DNA of 60,704 nt, filler included, from Dimargaris cristalligena (lineage: Eukaryota): assembly GCA_003614675.1 (NCBI GenBank). It is 3 parts of 3 records of this genome, joined end to end, with 100 filler letters (N's around TTAATTAATTAA, not from the genome) between each part and the next. Parts side by side here need not be neighbours in the genome. Positions count along the whole stretch, not along the records: positions 40,593 to 60,704 come from ML002705.1; 2 more parts are not named here. The stretch is one strand, 5' to 3'. A program made the translations under genes and the position numbers. Below are positions 49,219-60,704 of this stretch, piece after piece. The notes below the pieces were generated by a model. That model was not told the DNA's origin. It saw only the letters and a program-made list of their open reading frames with translations, and did no database searches. The first letter of the stretch is position 1. Each line of letters begins with the position of its first letter.

Positions 49219-50670
49219 TTAACCGCTCACTGAAAATTTAGGTTCACTTAAGTAGTTGGATGTCTGAGAGGTCCGGTTGCTTATCAGCGAAACGGGTCGC
49301 CCACTAGCCGGCCGTTTGGAGGCCGACCGACGGGGGAGTTGGCTTTCCAGCACCGCGTGGGACGACCGGCTGCCAATGGATGGTCTTGGCACGGAAGCGG
49401 CACGCACAGTGGCATCGATGGCGGCCGCGGAGGCATTAAGGGACATGAGACTACGTTCGATTTCGGCGGGATTGAAAGTATCCGAGGTGCTGGACTCCGA
49501 GACGGTGGGGGGTTCAACGATAACCGGCGGGGGATCCGATGCATTGGCGGTCACACAGACCAAGGGCACGGTACCCTCCTGCTCGGTATCCAGATTGTAG
49601 GCCACCGCCCAGCCGTCGTCGAACGTCTTGAAGAGGAGGAGGCTCTGGCCGGGGAGTAGCGCAATTTCGTCCTCCATACGGGGCACAAAGGGGTGGATAA
49701 CCCGGCAGCGAAGGGGGTCGGTCGAAAGGTGCTTGTAGGTCACCGTGGGCGAGGCGCGGCCCACCTTGCCGCTGAACATGCGCTGGTTCCGGCGCGTGGC
49801 GGTGGGGAGCAGTTGCTTGACCATGGTTTGGCGGGCCCGGCGGCGGCGGTAGAGCAGCAGCACGGCTAATAGAACCAGGAGTGCCAAGGTACCCAGGACA
49901 ATGGGTAGGACGATGGCCAAGATGCGATTTCGGTGGCTGCCGGAGGTGTCGGGGTTGGGTGGAACCGTAGAGCCGTCGGTGGCATCGATAATACTTAAGT
50001 CGTCGGTGGGGCAGTTGGTTGTGGCAAAGGTGGTTTGGCAACAGGCGGAAGCACTATTAGCCGGGTCCTTACAGTACTTACAAGCCACGGCAGCGCCTTG
50101 GATGGGCAGAAACCCACAGAGGTTAGGCTCGTTATCCTCCCCCGAGACGCACTGCAGACCCGCCTGGTTCGTATTGGTTTCGGAGATGGTGCAGCTGGTG
50201 AGCATGTCCTGGTAAATGGACTGGGTTAGTCCTTGGTTAGGACACAGTGTCTCGTCGGACACCAGGGACTGCCAACCCTCGACGAACTGGGTACAGGTGC
50301 TACCACAGAGGGGCGGTAGGCTTGTATCCGGATTGCACTGCTGCGAGGCCACCTGGGAGAGTAGTGAATGGCACAAATTAGTAATGCGGTACCGGGGCGT
50401 GTTGGTTCCGTTCCAGCCCCGGCACCCGAACTGTTGGTTTATTTGGGTGATGTCACCCGCCGAACCCACATAGCTGTCTATCATCCGGTCAAACTGTTCG
50501 ACGTTGCTGGCGGAGTTACTGCCGGCCCGGACGAACTGAGATATTTGGAACTGCCCAAAGGCCGTCCCACAGTATTTGGAATTTTTGAGGGAATAGCAGC
50601 TGGGGTCGGCGGCACCCCGGGCCACCGTGGCCGCGAGAAGAGCGAAAAGGGTGGTCACGAGTGGACCCAT
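49219..50670 (-). CDS. Type I membrane protein: signal peptide, Cys-rich ectodomain, TM helix, cytoplasmic SH3 domain
   Basis: Intact 483-aa ORF. TM ILAIVLPIVLGTLALLVLLAVLLLY followed by RRRR. SH3 signature VIHPF.P..EDEI.L.PG....DDGW......EG.VP..CV. Confidence 0.88.
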   Translation of the reverse strand: MGPLVTTLFALLAATVARGAADPSCYSLKNSKYCGTAFGQFQISQFVRAGSNSASNVEQFDRMIDSYVGSAGDITQINQQFGCRGWNGTNTPRYRITNLCHSLLSQVASQQCNPDTSLPPLCGSTCTQFVEGWQSLVSDETLCPNQGLTQSIYQDMLTSCTISETNTNQAGLQCVSGEDNEPNLCGFLPIQGAAVACKYCKDPANSASACCQTTFATTNCPTDDLSIIDATDGSTVPPNPDTSGSHRNRILAIVLPIVLGTLALLVLLAVLLLYRRRRARQTMVKQLLPTATRRNQRMFSGKVGRASPTVTYKHLSTDPLRCRVIHPFVPRMEDEIALLPGQSLLLFKTFDDGWAVAYNLDTEQEGTVPLVCVTANASDPPPVIVEPPTVSESSTSDTFNPAEIERSLMSLNASAAAIDATVRAASVPRPSIGSRSSHAVLESQLPRRSASKRPASGRPVSLISNRTSQTSNYLSEPKFSVSG

Positions 50671-53600
50671 GGGAACGGGAAGGTTTCCTGAAACGGGTTA
50701 GCGGGCCGGATATGTGGGCGTAGTATAATAACCCGAAATAATAATAATAATACTAACTCTCTCTATATATTAGAACCGGTAGTGTGGTTGGCTGTTCAGC
50801 GGCAATGAAAAATAAGGGATGCTTATAATAAAATGTGGCAACTGGGTGTACGAAGGTGGAGAGGGTGTGGTCCTATCTAGGGTGGGCTGTGGTTAGCCAA
50901 CCGCGTGGTTACAGTATCCGCGGTATAGTAGAGTAAGCCCGCTATATAGGAACAACACGGGCTGTGAATGATGGACGGACCAGAGAGGCCTAAGCTAGGC
51001 TTGGTAGTAAGTGGAGTGGTAAGAGCGGGCGCACATGAATCTCAATCAGGCGGAGGAGTGTAGCGCTCAGGTTGGAGTAAGATTTTCAATTATAGGTTTA
51101 TCCAAGGAAAGCAGTAGCAGGAGGAGAGGCGAGATATTAGAAGGAAGCAGGCAGTAGCAGAGAATCGAGGTTTACAAAGAGAGGAGAACAAGGGGCATAA
51201 AAATGGAGTCTGAGAAAGAGAGAACTTCAAGAAAACGAGTAAAAATAGCGGACATTTAAGAAGCAGCAGGCGGGGGGCAAGGCGGAATATATAGCTTGGA
51301 AAGAGAAGAAGCAGAGCCAAAAAGACGTGGATTTGGCCAGGAGAAGCAGCACTGATTTCAATCCATCCAATCTGTCGGTTGCAGTGAGGGGGCCGACCGC
51401 GGCTTATATCGATGGAGGGCGATCTCTCTCTCTCTTTCTCTCCTTTTCTGCCCCATATATACAATATATATATATACACTCACTGCCATTGATAGATATG
51501 GGAGGACTGAGGCCACACGGGAGTGTAAGTGAAAAAATGACCGATATCGCCCCCCATTGGAGAATGAGAGAAATGTCAAGAGTGTACAGCGCCAATCTGC
51601 ACAAGTATTCTGAGTTACCGTCATTGCGAATTCTGGTTTAATCCCCTTGGCTACTGCCCCGCACGCGGCCTCGATTAGGGAGTGAAGACAAGAACCCCCC
51701 CTCTCTCCTCCCAGATGCAAGCACGTACACCACAAAGGAGAGGGGGGAGTTCCCCTCTATCTGCCCTTTTACTCTTCCTTCGCACACGCGTCAACCCCAT
51801 GTCGCCCATTCCTCAGTTGAAATCTGGGGCGAGGGGAGTGAAGAAGGCGAAGAAGAAGAAAATGAGGCGGAAGAAGCCGAACAGGGCCAAAGGAGGAAGA
51901 AGCGGCGACGCTGGCATTAATGAGCACCCTGCCCCCTCCTTCTTCCAGGGCATCTTTGTATTGGGAGCCTCTCAGTACACAAGTACAAGCACTGTCCTAA
52001 TCCATTTGTTTTGTTTGGCCGGATTGCCCTCTCTGTTTCCCCCCTCCTCCCCTATCATTAACCTCCCTGTATCCTGCGCTGGCGTGGTTCGTTGCGTCAG
52101 GACCAGCAAGAAGCTGGTGTAAGGCCCCACCCTCCCTCCTTCCTTCCTCAATTAGTCTCAAACAAGGCAATTAGGTGGGAGGGGTCGTCCTGAAGGCGCC
52201 GTTATGCTCCTGCATTGGCCCTCTTTTTCTAGCCATTGTTACGAAGTGGAGCTCCATCTGTATTAGGAAGGGCCTTGTTTACCCGATCGCCCTCACTAAG
52301 CACACCGAATTCCCTCATTTTTTCCCCAGGCTTCACTAGACATGTTGTTAAGGAACAGTTCGCTAAATCTTTGTTATGATCAGTTTCCATGGGATCTCCC
52401 GGAGGCTGTAACTGGTGTTCCTGGCCATATTGCCACCGTAGCTGAGCGGTAGGGTGGAAACACCCATCAGTGCTATTGCCAATAATTGCGAGGTATGGAA
52501 GTTGTCGACACCTGCCAAATGAACACCGACTGGGTGCGCGATCAATAAAAAATGCCCTACAGTATATATCGCCTAGTCCGCCCGACCGGGAGGATTATCT
52601 CATGTATTCCAGATGATACATATGTCCATTCCCACTCTACATATCAAACTTGTGCCAATTTCGGACACTTGGTATACACGGCTGTGGTTGAAGTATCTTT
52701 GGTGAGGTCGGTGATATTCACAGGGCTTCATTGCCCGGTTTAGGCAGAACCCAGGCGTCATTTCACAACGGCGGCATTCGCCAATGCCCCTAATATCGGC
52801 CATCCCAATAATTTGTTGGTGGGATCAGGGCCGCCATCCGAACCACCACCCCCCCTGGCCGATTGGCCATCCCAGAGAAATACAAATGGGCCATCAAAGG
52901 TTAATTCAAATTCATATTCAATTAGTCGCATATCCATATTTTGCTAATAAAAACAACAACCGATAATAGCATTTCATTATTTTTAGGGACATTTCCTCCC
53001 CCCTGCCGTGTAACGAGGGTGCTTAATCCGTCCAATTCATCAAAACAGGTTATTGGCGATGTAGCAGCAGTCGCCTAGGAGGCCCCATCGTACAGTCTCA
53101 TGTGCCTTTTAATCGACGTCCTATCCCTGTGACCCAAATGCTAGGGTAGGGGATCACTGTGGGTAGGGCCTAGTAGTCGGTGTAGGCTTCATCCCAGAAC
53201 CCCGGCATAGGTATATACACGGGTCATTTCAGTTTCGACTCATTGCGGACTTTGAATTGGGCTAGGGTCCCATAGCCTTATGATAAAGTACCGTGTAATG
53301 AGTCTGTAACCTTTCAGCCATTAACCAGCCCTAAAATGGTGATGCGTAGTATACTTCGATACAGCCCCCCTTCCCCATTTCTTTGCATGTTAATTAGTCG
53401 TATCGTCCCAACCCCAAAAGCCTCTACCCTCTTTATTAAAGTGACCGCTTATAACTAGGTATATCCACCTTTGAAAGCGGAAAACCGCCTCACCGATGTA
53501 GACCCACGCCATTATTCCTCCAAAGTCGCCCCGGCAGCCGATATAGCAGGGGTGGAATGGTTTCACCAGCGAACCTCCACCACTCTATTACTCCTAGTCC

Positions 53601-54781
53601 ATTGTCAAACCACCGTCTTCAATCGGCCGCCTTTCCGTTTAGTTTACTTTAATAATTTAGTTAAATTTGGCCAATCTCTATAATTAGGCAGCCCCCCCCC
53701 AAAAAAAATAATATATATGGCAGAGTCAGAAAACCCGCATGCATCAGTTCGTACCAAAAAAGGCTGTCTGTATTTTATTTTGATTTCTTTTGGTGGCACC
53801 GTCTTCTCGTGCACCTGCCGTGCGACCTGGTGGTGGGGCCGAAAGAAGGGGAGATGACACCGAAGGCGTGTGCGACTTGGCCCTGCATGGGTGTGAGGAG
53901 TGTTGGGTCATATGGGCTACCTTGGCAGTGTATAACGCCCCCCCTCTCCAAAAGCAGTAATTAGTGTAGCTATTTCTATAATCGGCCCCGTATGTAATAC
54001 GCTACACTCCCCTCATCGTAATACCCCTCCCCCACCTTCCCCGTTTACTTTTTTGCCAAAGTTGCGGTGACTCAAATGGTTTGGCCAATTTCGGTCCCTC
54101 TCAGGCAGGACTGTTTTGCCTCACCGTAACTCCGCTTTTCGCACCACTTATTGCCCACCCCTCCCACCTTAACTATCTTCGATTTCTCTTTGTGGCTTCT
54201 ACCCGGGCTAGGTAATGCCAAACAAGGCCAAGCCTGTTTCTTTATAAAACAAAAATAAAATGACCAGTGACCTTTTAAGCTGCCAAGTCATCTGCAAAAT
54301 ATATATACATCAACTTACTTAACTCACTGATTCACACATTTCACATACCCACCCACGACATACAGGCTGATTTAAAACGCTTTCAGCGTTAGAAAAGAAA
54401 ACAGCCACCAACGCAGTCATGACATTCAGTAGAATGGTCAGTTTTGAAAAGCCTCCATTATTTTTATATTGAATTACTTTAACATTTGGAGGGGAGGGGA
54501 GTAAGGGGGAAATGGTGGTCGTAGTCAAATAGCCGAAACTGTGACGCAGGGAGAGGGTTTTGTCGGCGTTTGTAAATGCCAATGCTGTAAACCAGTTGCG
54601 TGAAAAAATTTATGGTCTCCTATAGGGTAACCGCCTCCGCCAGATTAATGCCAGCTCTACATTTCATAAATGCAAGAAAGGAAGGTTGCTGCATAGATTC
54701 CGAAACAAGAAGTTGGGTTTAACATGGCGCACTTGATTGGTGGAATCGAAGACCTTTAACCGCCGAGGTATGTCCCGCGTC

Positions 54782-56129
54782 TCAGTGTTTAGCCTGGGTG
54801 AATTCGGCAAATTGGGCCAAGGCCCGCTTAGCACGTTTCGATGCAATACTCTCCCGGGCCTTCTGAACTCCCTCCACGTACGTTTCTGCCACCCCTGAAA
54901 CCACCAGCAGGGCCGAGGTGTTGAGCAGGATAAAATCTAAGATGGGTGAGTCGGTGATTTCTCCGTCGAGAATACGGTCCAAGTAGCGGGCGTTGGCTTC
55001 CCCGGAGTGGCCCTTGACCGTTTCGAGCGAATGGCAGGATAGACCGAAATCCGTAGTGGGATGGATACGGCCCGGCTCGACCTGGTTATCCCGAATATGC
55101 CATACCAGAGTATCCCCCTGGGGAGAGATTTCATCCAATCCCTCGACACCGCACACGACCATCCCGCGGGAAGTGCCGCTCAGCCGAAGGGCTTCGGCGA
55201 TAATGGGGCCTAAATAGGCGGAGTGGACGCCCACGATGATGTTGGTGGGCACGACGGGGTTGATCAGGGGCCCGATAATGTTGAAAATTGAGGGTGCGCC
55301 AATTTCCTTCCGCACCTGGGCCACCCGACCCATCAAAGGGTGGAAGCGCGGGGCGTACAGGAAGCAGAATTCCCCCGTCTTGAGGAAATCGATGATGGAT
55401 TCGGGCGGGAAGCCGCTTAGATTGCAGCCCAGGGATTCGAGCAGGTCGGCGGAACCGCTGTTAGAAGTGGAGGACCGGTTACCGTGCTGTGGAGTCATAT
55501 AGGTTGGGTGGGGTGGCGGGGAATTAGATTCAGTAGATTTAGATCAACAGCACGGTTAATCGGACAGAGTCAAGGTAATGCACGGGTGTATGATATACCA
55601 ATGTCTCGGCCATTTGGGGCAAAAGTGCCGAGGTGCAGAAAAATCCCCCTAATATACATATATATATATGGCATGTATGTTATAGCTTATTATATTTCGT
55701 TGTTCCAGACATCAGATATATCGATTCACTTACCTTGGCCACTTTGCACCCAGCACCAGCCGCTACAATAGCCGATGAGGTTGATACGTTGAACGTGTTA
55801 TGTCCGTCACCGCCCGTACCCACAATATCGACCACGCCGCGGGTCCAGGTATGTTCGGGTTTGATATTGAGTCGCACGGCATAGGATAACAAGGTCTCGG
55901 CGGCCGCGGCTATCATGTCCGGCCGCTGGTCCACCTTGGTCAGTCGAAGAGCCACCAACAGGGCGGCGATTTGGGCCGAACTGCCCTCCCCTTGGAAAAA
56001 GAGATGCAGACAGCGGCGGAGATGCTCCGGCTCGAAGGTGTCGGGGTGATTGACGAGCCGTTTAAGAATTTGCACTATCTCGACATTGGGAACGCTCGGC
56101 GTGGTGGCGGGGGCAGTATTGGTGGACAT
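54782..56129 (-). CDS. TRP4: Anthranilate phosphoribosyltransferase
   Basis: Exons 56129-55734 and 55486-54782 (~366 aa). DIVGTGGDGHNTFNVST, KHGNRSSTSNSGSAD, GLDEISP. Confidence 0.97.
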
Positions 56130-57235
56130 GGCGGGATAAGTGGGCCGGTATGGGAAGAATTAGAAGGGGTTGAGATGCGTCGCCGCCAAAAGACCTGGAA
56201 TCAAGCCGATAGTGCTTTAAAAAGATATTGTAGTGGGAATAAACCTAAAAAAGGACGGCGTGTGTGTCACGAAAGGAATGGCAATGGCGAAGATAGAGTG
56301 GCATAGTGGGTGTCGGGGAGTCTGGTCAGCGGCTATTTACAGGCAGCGAATAACTTTATAAAGGGCCACTCCAAGCATATGCGTGACTCAGTCGCGGCAT
56401 TCCATTGCAGAGAGTACCCACCCAATGGGCGGTATCCGATACAATCCACCCAAAGTGTGGCGGTAATGAATTGGGCAATGAGAGAACTGCACCATCCCAA
56501 GCTCGGGGCAGTAAAGCTTCGTTCACCATCCAATGAGCGCCACTTAAAAGAGGATGATGGGGGGGGCCCTTGCCCACAGTGCAGCTGGTCCAGCTTTAAT
56601 GAGTCAGCGGACAAAACGGGGGGCATACTCCCGTGAAGTAGCGATAAGTAGTAATTGAGACATACTTACCCGTTCAATGGCTCGACGGGTTTGCCAACGA
56701 CAGATGCGCAAGTAACAATAAAGACAGTTAAATGGCCAGGGGACACCATAGAAGGTAGGTGTGACATTGGCCGTATATATATAAGTATTTGTATTTATAG
56801 TTGGCATATGTTGGAGCAGGATCAGCAACACACAAAAAACAAGATGGGGTACATCAGGGCCATCGATCGTGGCAATAGTGGCGGTATCTTAAAATAGAAT
56901 ACCAATCGGCCGAGAGAACGGATGATGGTAGCGACCCTTGATGAGTACAAGACGATTAAATTAGTGCACCGGGGTTTCCTGGCCGCGTCAGATAATAAGG
57001 CACGTCACTTTCCTCCGAAGCGAAAAGTTCTAGTAAGGAGGGGAAAGAGGGGGATACCACGATATGATCTAAATATAAATTCGCCGGCTGAGTACTATCC
57101 AAAGAGTCGTGGGATGCACTCGGGATGGCAGCTCGGGTCTATTGGGCTGGGGGCGACTCATACTGACAACGTCATTAGGCCCAAATTTTATTTGGTTGGA
57201 TTTGACCAGATACTGAATGGAGTGGGGTAATACCA

Positions 57236-57377
57236 TATGGATGAAATTCAAACCAGCTGTATAAGGTTCTATATAATACGTGTATGGACGAGTGTGTATG
57301 AGAATAGCTTTTAACCAGTAATATTGGCCTCATCCAATGGATTTTTCATTATACAGCCTGAATGAACTTCTCCCATA
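57236..57377 (-). mobile_element. 142-bp MITE, copy 4
   Basis: Reverse complement highly similar to 30593-30734. Confidence 0.88.
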
Positions 57378-59216
57378 TAATAGTCGGCGTTAGATATGGT
57401 TAGTTATATCCAAACGCTTAAGGAGTACATGGTTTAACATCAGTCAATTTGTATACAATAATTAATATGCCCGATATGTATGCCACCCCCTCAGCACCCA
57501 TACCTAAATTACCCGACCCCTTCGATGATTTGTTTAGCAGCAATGCTTCTGTCAAAGCCCCGCCTTTCTTACCCTAAAACCAAAGTTATCCACCCTCAGC
57601 GACATACACTCACTGGTTGCTAACTAGACTATTTCTAAATAACTAAATTAGCCAGGGTGTACCACAGCGACCCACATGCCCAAACAACCACTCCACCTCT
57701 AGTGTTAAATTCAATGTTTATATCATTTTCACGGATGCGTGGGGATATCTATTTGAGACCATTTCTATTACAAACATCAATCAATCAATGATCCCGCCCG
57801 GCCTTCCATCTTTCAATCACCCATGCATATTCCCTTTCATGAAATGTATTTATTAGTTCACCATCCTATCAGTTTGGCATTTAGTATTTAATTTGAGTTG
57901 GTATCGAGTTCTGCAGCTCAATGAATATTCACGATTTATAAATGTATTAGATTAGGTTCAATCAGTGTTTAACTCTATTGGTTCAGTTCGGCCTAGATCA
58001 ATGTAACTGTTGGTGGTGGTCTTGTGAGCCCGAAATTTGAGTTGTTCAGCGGAGCCATTACCTCAGCCTATACCAACCTTTTCGCTAACACATCGGTTCC
58101 CCGGTATCGGCCAGTAGCAGTTTTTAAAGTAGTAAACACTATGGGGCGGGTGGTACCGACTTCATTATGGTGTACTAGATCGGCTCTCTATACCTGATTT
58201 TAGTGGTCTCCATTGAAGTGGTGGATACTAATTTCTATATTAATTGGTAGGCCCCTCTCCCCCTATCGACTGCTCTAGATACACCATAGATACATTGTTA
58301 TACCATAGTTGGGGCCCAAAAGGTTGTCTATAGCAAAATTTGCTTTCCTATCTGACTGAATATTGGCCCCACAGGGCCTACGCCTGTGGTGGGGTTACAC
58401 TGCCAGTAATCTGAAACTGCCTTATTGGGCCTAGATTCCCGAACGAATTAATTTAATGACACCGGTGTCAATTTTAAAAAATACTCATAGATGTGCCCCA
58501 TTTTCTCCAAACACAACGTCCGACTGTAAACGCCGACTTCACTTCATGAGCCACTTAACTAAGTAGCACTTATTCATGACCACTAATTCTTGCTGGAAAT
58601 TGGGGCCGGGTTGGCTATTGGTGTGTATAGTTAGGATCGATAACTATATTGATTTACACTCCCCCATTTGCAACCGAGACTGTGTCTACGACTACAAGGA
58701 ACACCCCCTTCCCCCCCTTGGCTGTGTATTACCGTAGACACGGGTCACCACGGTCTTTGCAGGCCAATTGATTAGCATTTCTTCAAAATATATGATAAAA
58801 TCATGTTTCACACGGGCTCGAGACATGCTGATTTCGTAAACCGGAATAATATTCCAAGCTCACCATTACCGCCTTCACCCCCTTTTCTTCGAGTTGATTT
58901 GGTAGGTTCCCAGCCCTAACTTGAGGTATACTAAGTGCCACATTCACTCACTCAACAGTATTATTCCATCTATTTAAACAGAACCGGTGCTTTAGTACGG
59001 ATTTTGGGATCTCAAAACCTTGACTCTATATTACAGGCCAATTCTAACTGTGTCGTAGGAAACAGTCTGGATAATGACTGAAGTGCGTACGCCAAAGAGG
59101 AGTTACAGAAAAATAACACACAAGCAGTTGATGCGAAGGGCACTTTATAGATAATAATATAGGGCATATCAAATAGGCCAAGTTGGCTAATGAAAGGGGT
59201 ATAGAAACAGATATTG

Positions 59217-59528
59217 ATTAACCAAAGAATGCCTATAGGAATTGGCCCGGTTTTATATAACCGAGCAAACTAATGATAAAGGTGCCGAACAAAGATGGAG
59301 GACGCTGAAAGACGCTACTAGATTGCAATATAAAGGATAGCTAATAATAGATTGGTAAAAAGGATAGAATATATAGAATAGATGAATCAAGTGGCGGTGA
59401 ATGACTGAATATAGGTTATCCTTTACTAAGGTAGAATTCCCGCGCCTCGTTGATAGAACTAGGCGACGATGATACCTAGTTCTTCGTGTTTAGTCGGATT
59501 TAATGCTGTCGGTTATTAAGCACAACAG
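59217..59528. repeat. Left arm of a ~312-bp diverged inverted repeat
   Basis: Reverse complement aligns colinearly with 60281-60592 (e.g. GAGGCGCGGGAATT, ATCTAGTAGCGTCTT, TCTATTATTAG). Confidence 0.8.
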
Positions 59529-60280
59529 AAATTCAACGAAAAAAATAAACAAGATTTATTAACGTCGAAGTCGGGCTTACCATCAATTCGCGGTTCAAGT
59601 AAGTCGCCTGCTGGTATACCAATCGTAATAAGGTATATTAGATATGCCATCCGGCTTAGATGCAGTAGGCATTGAGATATATATCTGTGGCCTTCACGCG
59701 GAATGTTCCTATTGAGGTACCTTGGACAGTCACCACATCTTCGTATTCGTTAATTTTCACGACATAACCTTTGTATATTTTGTAGGGATAAGCTTTAAAA
59801 GCGAACTCAATCAAGTCTAAACAAAATAAGAGCAGTAAATAAAAGTCCGCGTTAATAAGTAGTGAGTAATTCAAGTGATCCAAGAACCTATTCAGCGTCA
59901 GGATATAGGCACTGGTGAATGACCACGTTACTATCTAATCGATGAAAAGGGTACGAGAATATAAGAGAGGAAAAAGCTGGATGTCAAATATGGGATGCGC
60001 GAGTCGACTAATGGGTTTAGGGATAATCTGATTACTCACCGTACATTCCCAAAGACACCAATTCTCTGTTGAATGTTTCAACTAACATGTCTAGGCTTTA
60101 GTAGCGGTGGGAGGGGGGAGTCAAGGTCGATTTAATAATTCAAGTCAGGTGTAGAAATTACTAGCGGCGAATAGTTAGTTGTTAGTAATTGTCGAAAACC
60201 GGCAAGTGGATGGCGTGTAATATTTATACTCTTGAAAGGGAACCATATACCTTTTTTTATATCAGCTGGGCTGATCGAAT

Positions 60281-60592
60281 CTGTCGTGCTTAATAATTAA
60301 TAGGATTAAAGCCGATTGATCTTTGAGGACTAGGTACCATCATCACCCAGTTCCATCAATGAGGCGCGGGAATTTGGTTTTGCTAAAGGATCACCCTCCT
60401 TCAGCTATTCCCGCCGCCCCATTCATATATTCTATATACCCCCTTCATTATATACCCATCTATTATTAGTTATTCATATACCAATATCTAGTAGCGTCTT
60501 CCAGCATCTTCTATGCTGGTTCGACGCCTTTACCATTAGTTAGCTCAGCTATATAAAGCCGAGCCAAGTCCTATAGTTATTCTTTAGTTAAT
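60281..60592. repeat. Right arm of a ~312-bp diverged inverted repeat
   Basis: See left arm; similarity ends just before the LTR at 60605. Confidence 0.8.
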
Positions 60593-60604
60593 TGCCATTT
60601 ATTC

Positions 60605-60704
60605 TGTCGCCCCTCCTAATCCGTCCTAATCCAACCGATATGACCGCCGCCATATCAGGCCGTATAGCACCATATTGTACCCCCCGGCCCTAATAAGGCC
60701 GAGC
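60605..60704 (+). mobile_element. Young LTR-1 5' end, runs off the window
   Basis: Begins TGTCGCCC; near-identical to rc 20400-20498. Confidence 0.8.

Noticed and set aside
60330-60410. Minus-strand LKEGDPL..GDD resembling a LINE RT motif
   Set aside because: Spacing is too short and it is not conserved in the other repeat arm.
1-60704. CRISPR array, rRNA or tRNA genes
   Set aside because: No regularly spaced direct repeats or recognisable rRNA/tRNA sequence seen; a tRNAscan/cmscan run would be needed to exclude them fully.

Overview
Eukaryotic, intron-containing genomic scaffold with two 100-nt assembly gaps. It is most consistent with an early-diverging fungus (inference: TRP4 plus MCM9 and an 8-BRCT TopBP1, forms lost in yeasts). 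GC-rich conserved genes sit as islands in AT-richer, decayed repeat DNA: SRP72, MCM9, a small ZNF706/4F5-type gene missed by the ORF track, WBP1/OST48, TOPBP1, WDR48/UAF1, a Cys-rich-ectodomain/TM/SH3 receptor-like gene and TRP4. The repeat DNA holds a 142-bp MITE family (4 full copies), nested solo LTRs, a ~312-bp inverted repeat, a decayed PD-(D/E)XK nuclease gene and a disrupted signal-peptide + F-box-like gene. The most notable unexplained signal is a dispersed element family (3 copies). Its best-conserved part is a ~200-nt multi-hairpin module with compensatory base changes, lying 72-79 nt downstream of a conserved TATAAAAAG, which makes it a candidate undescribed structured RNA. All alignments, splice models and folds were made by eye.
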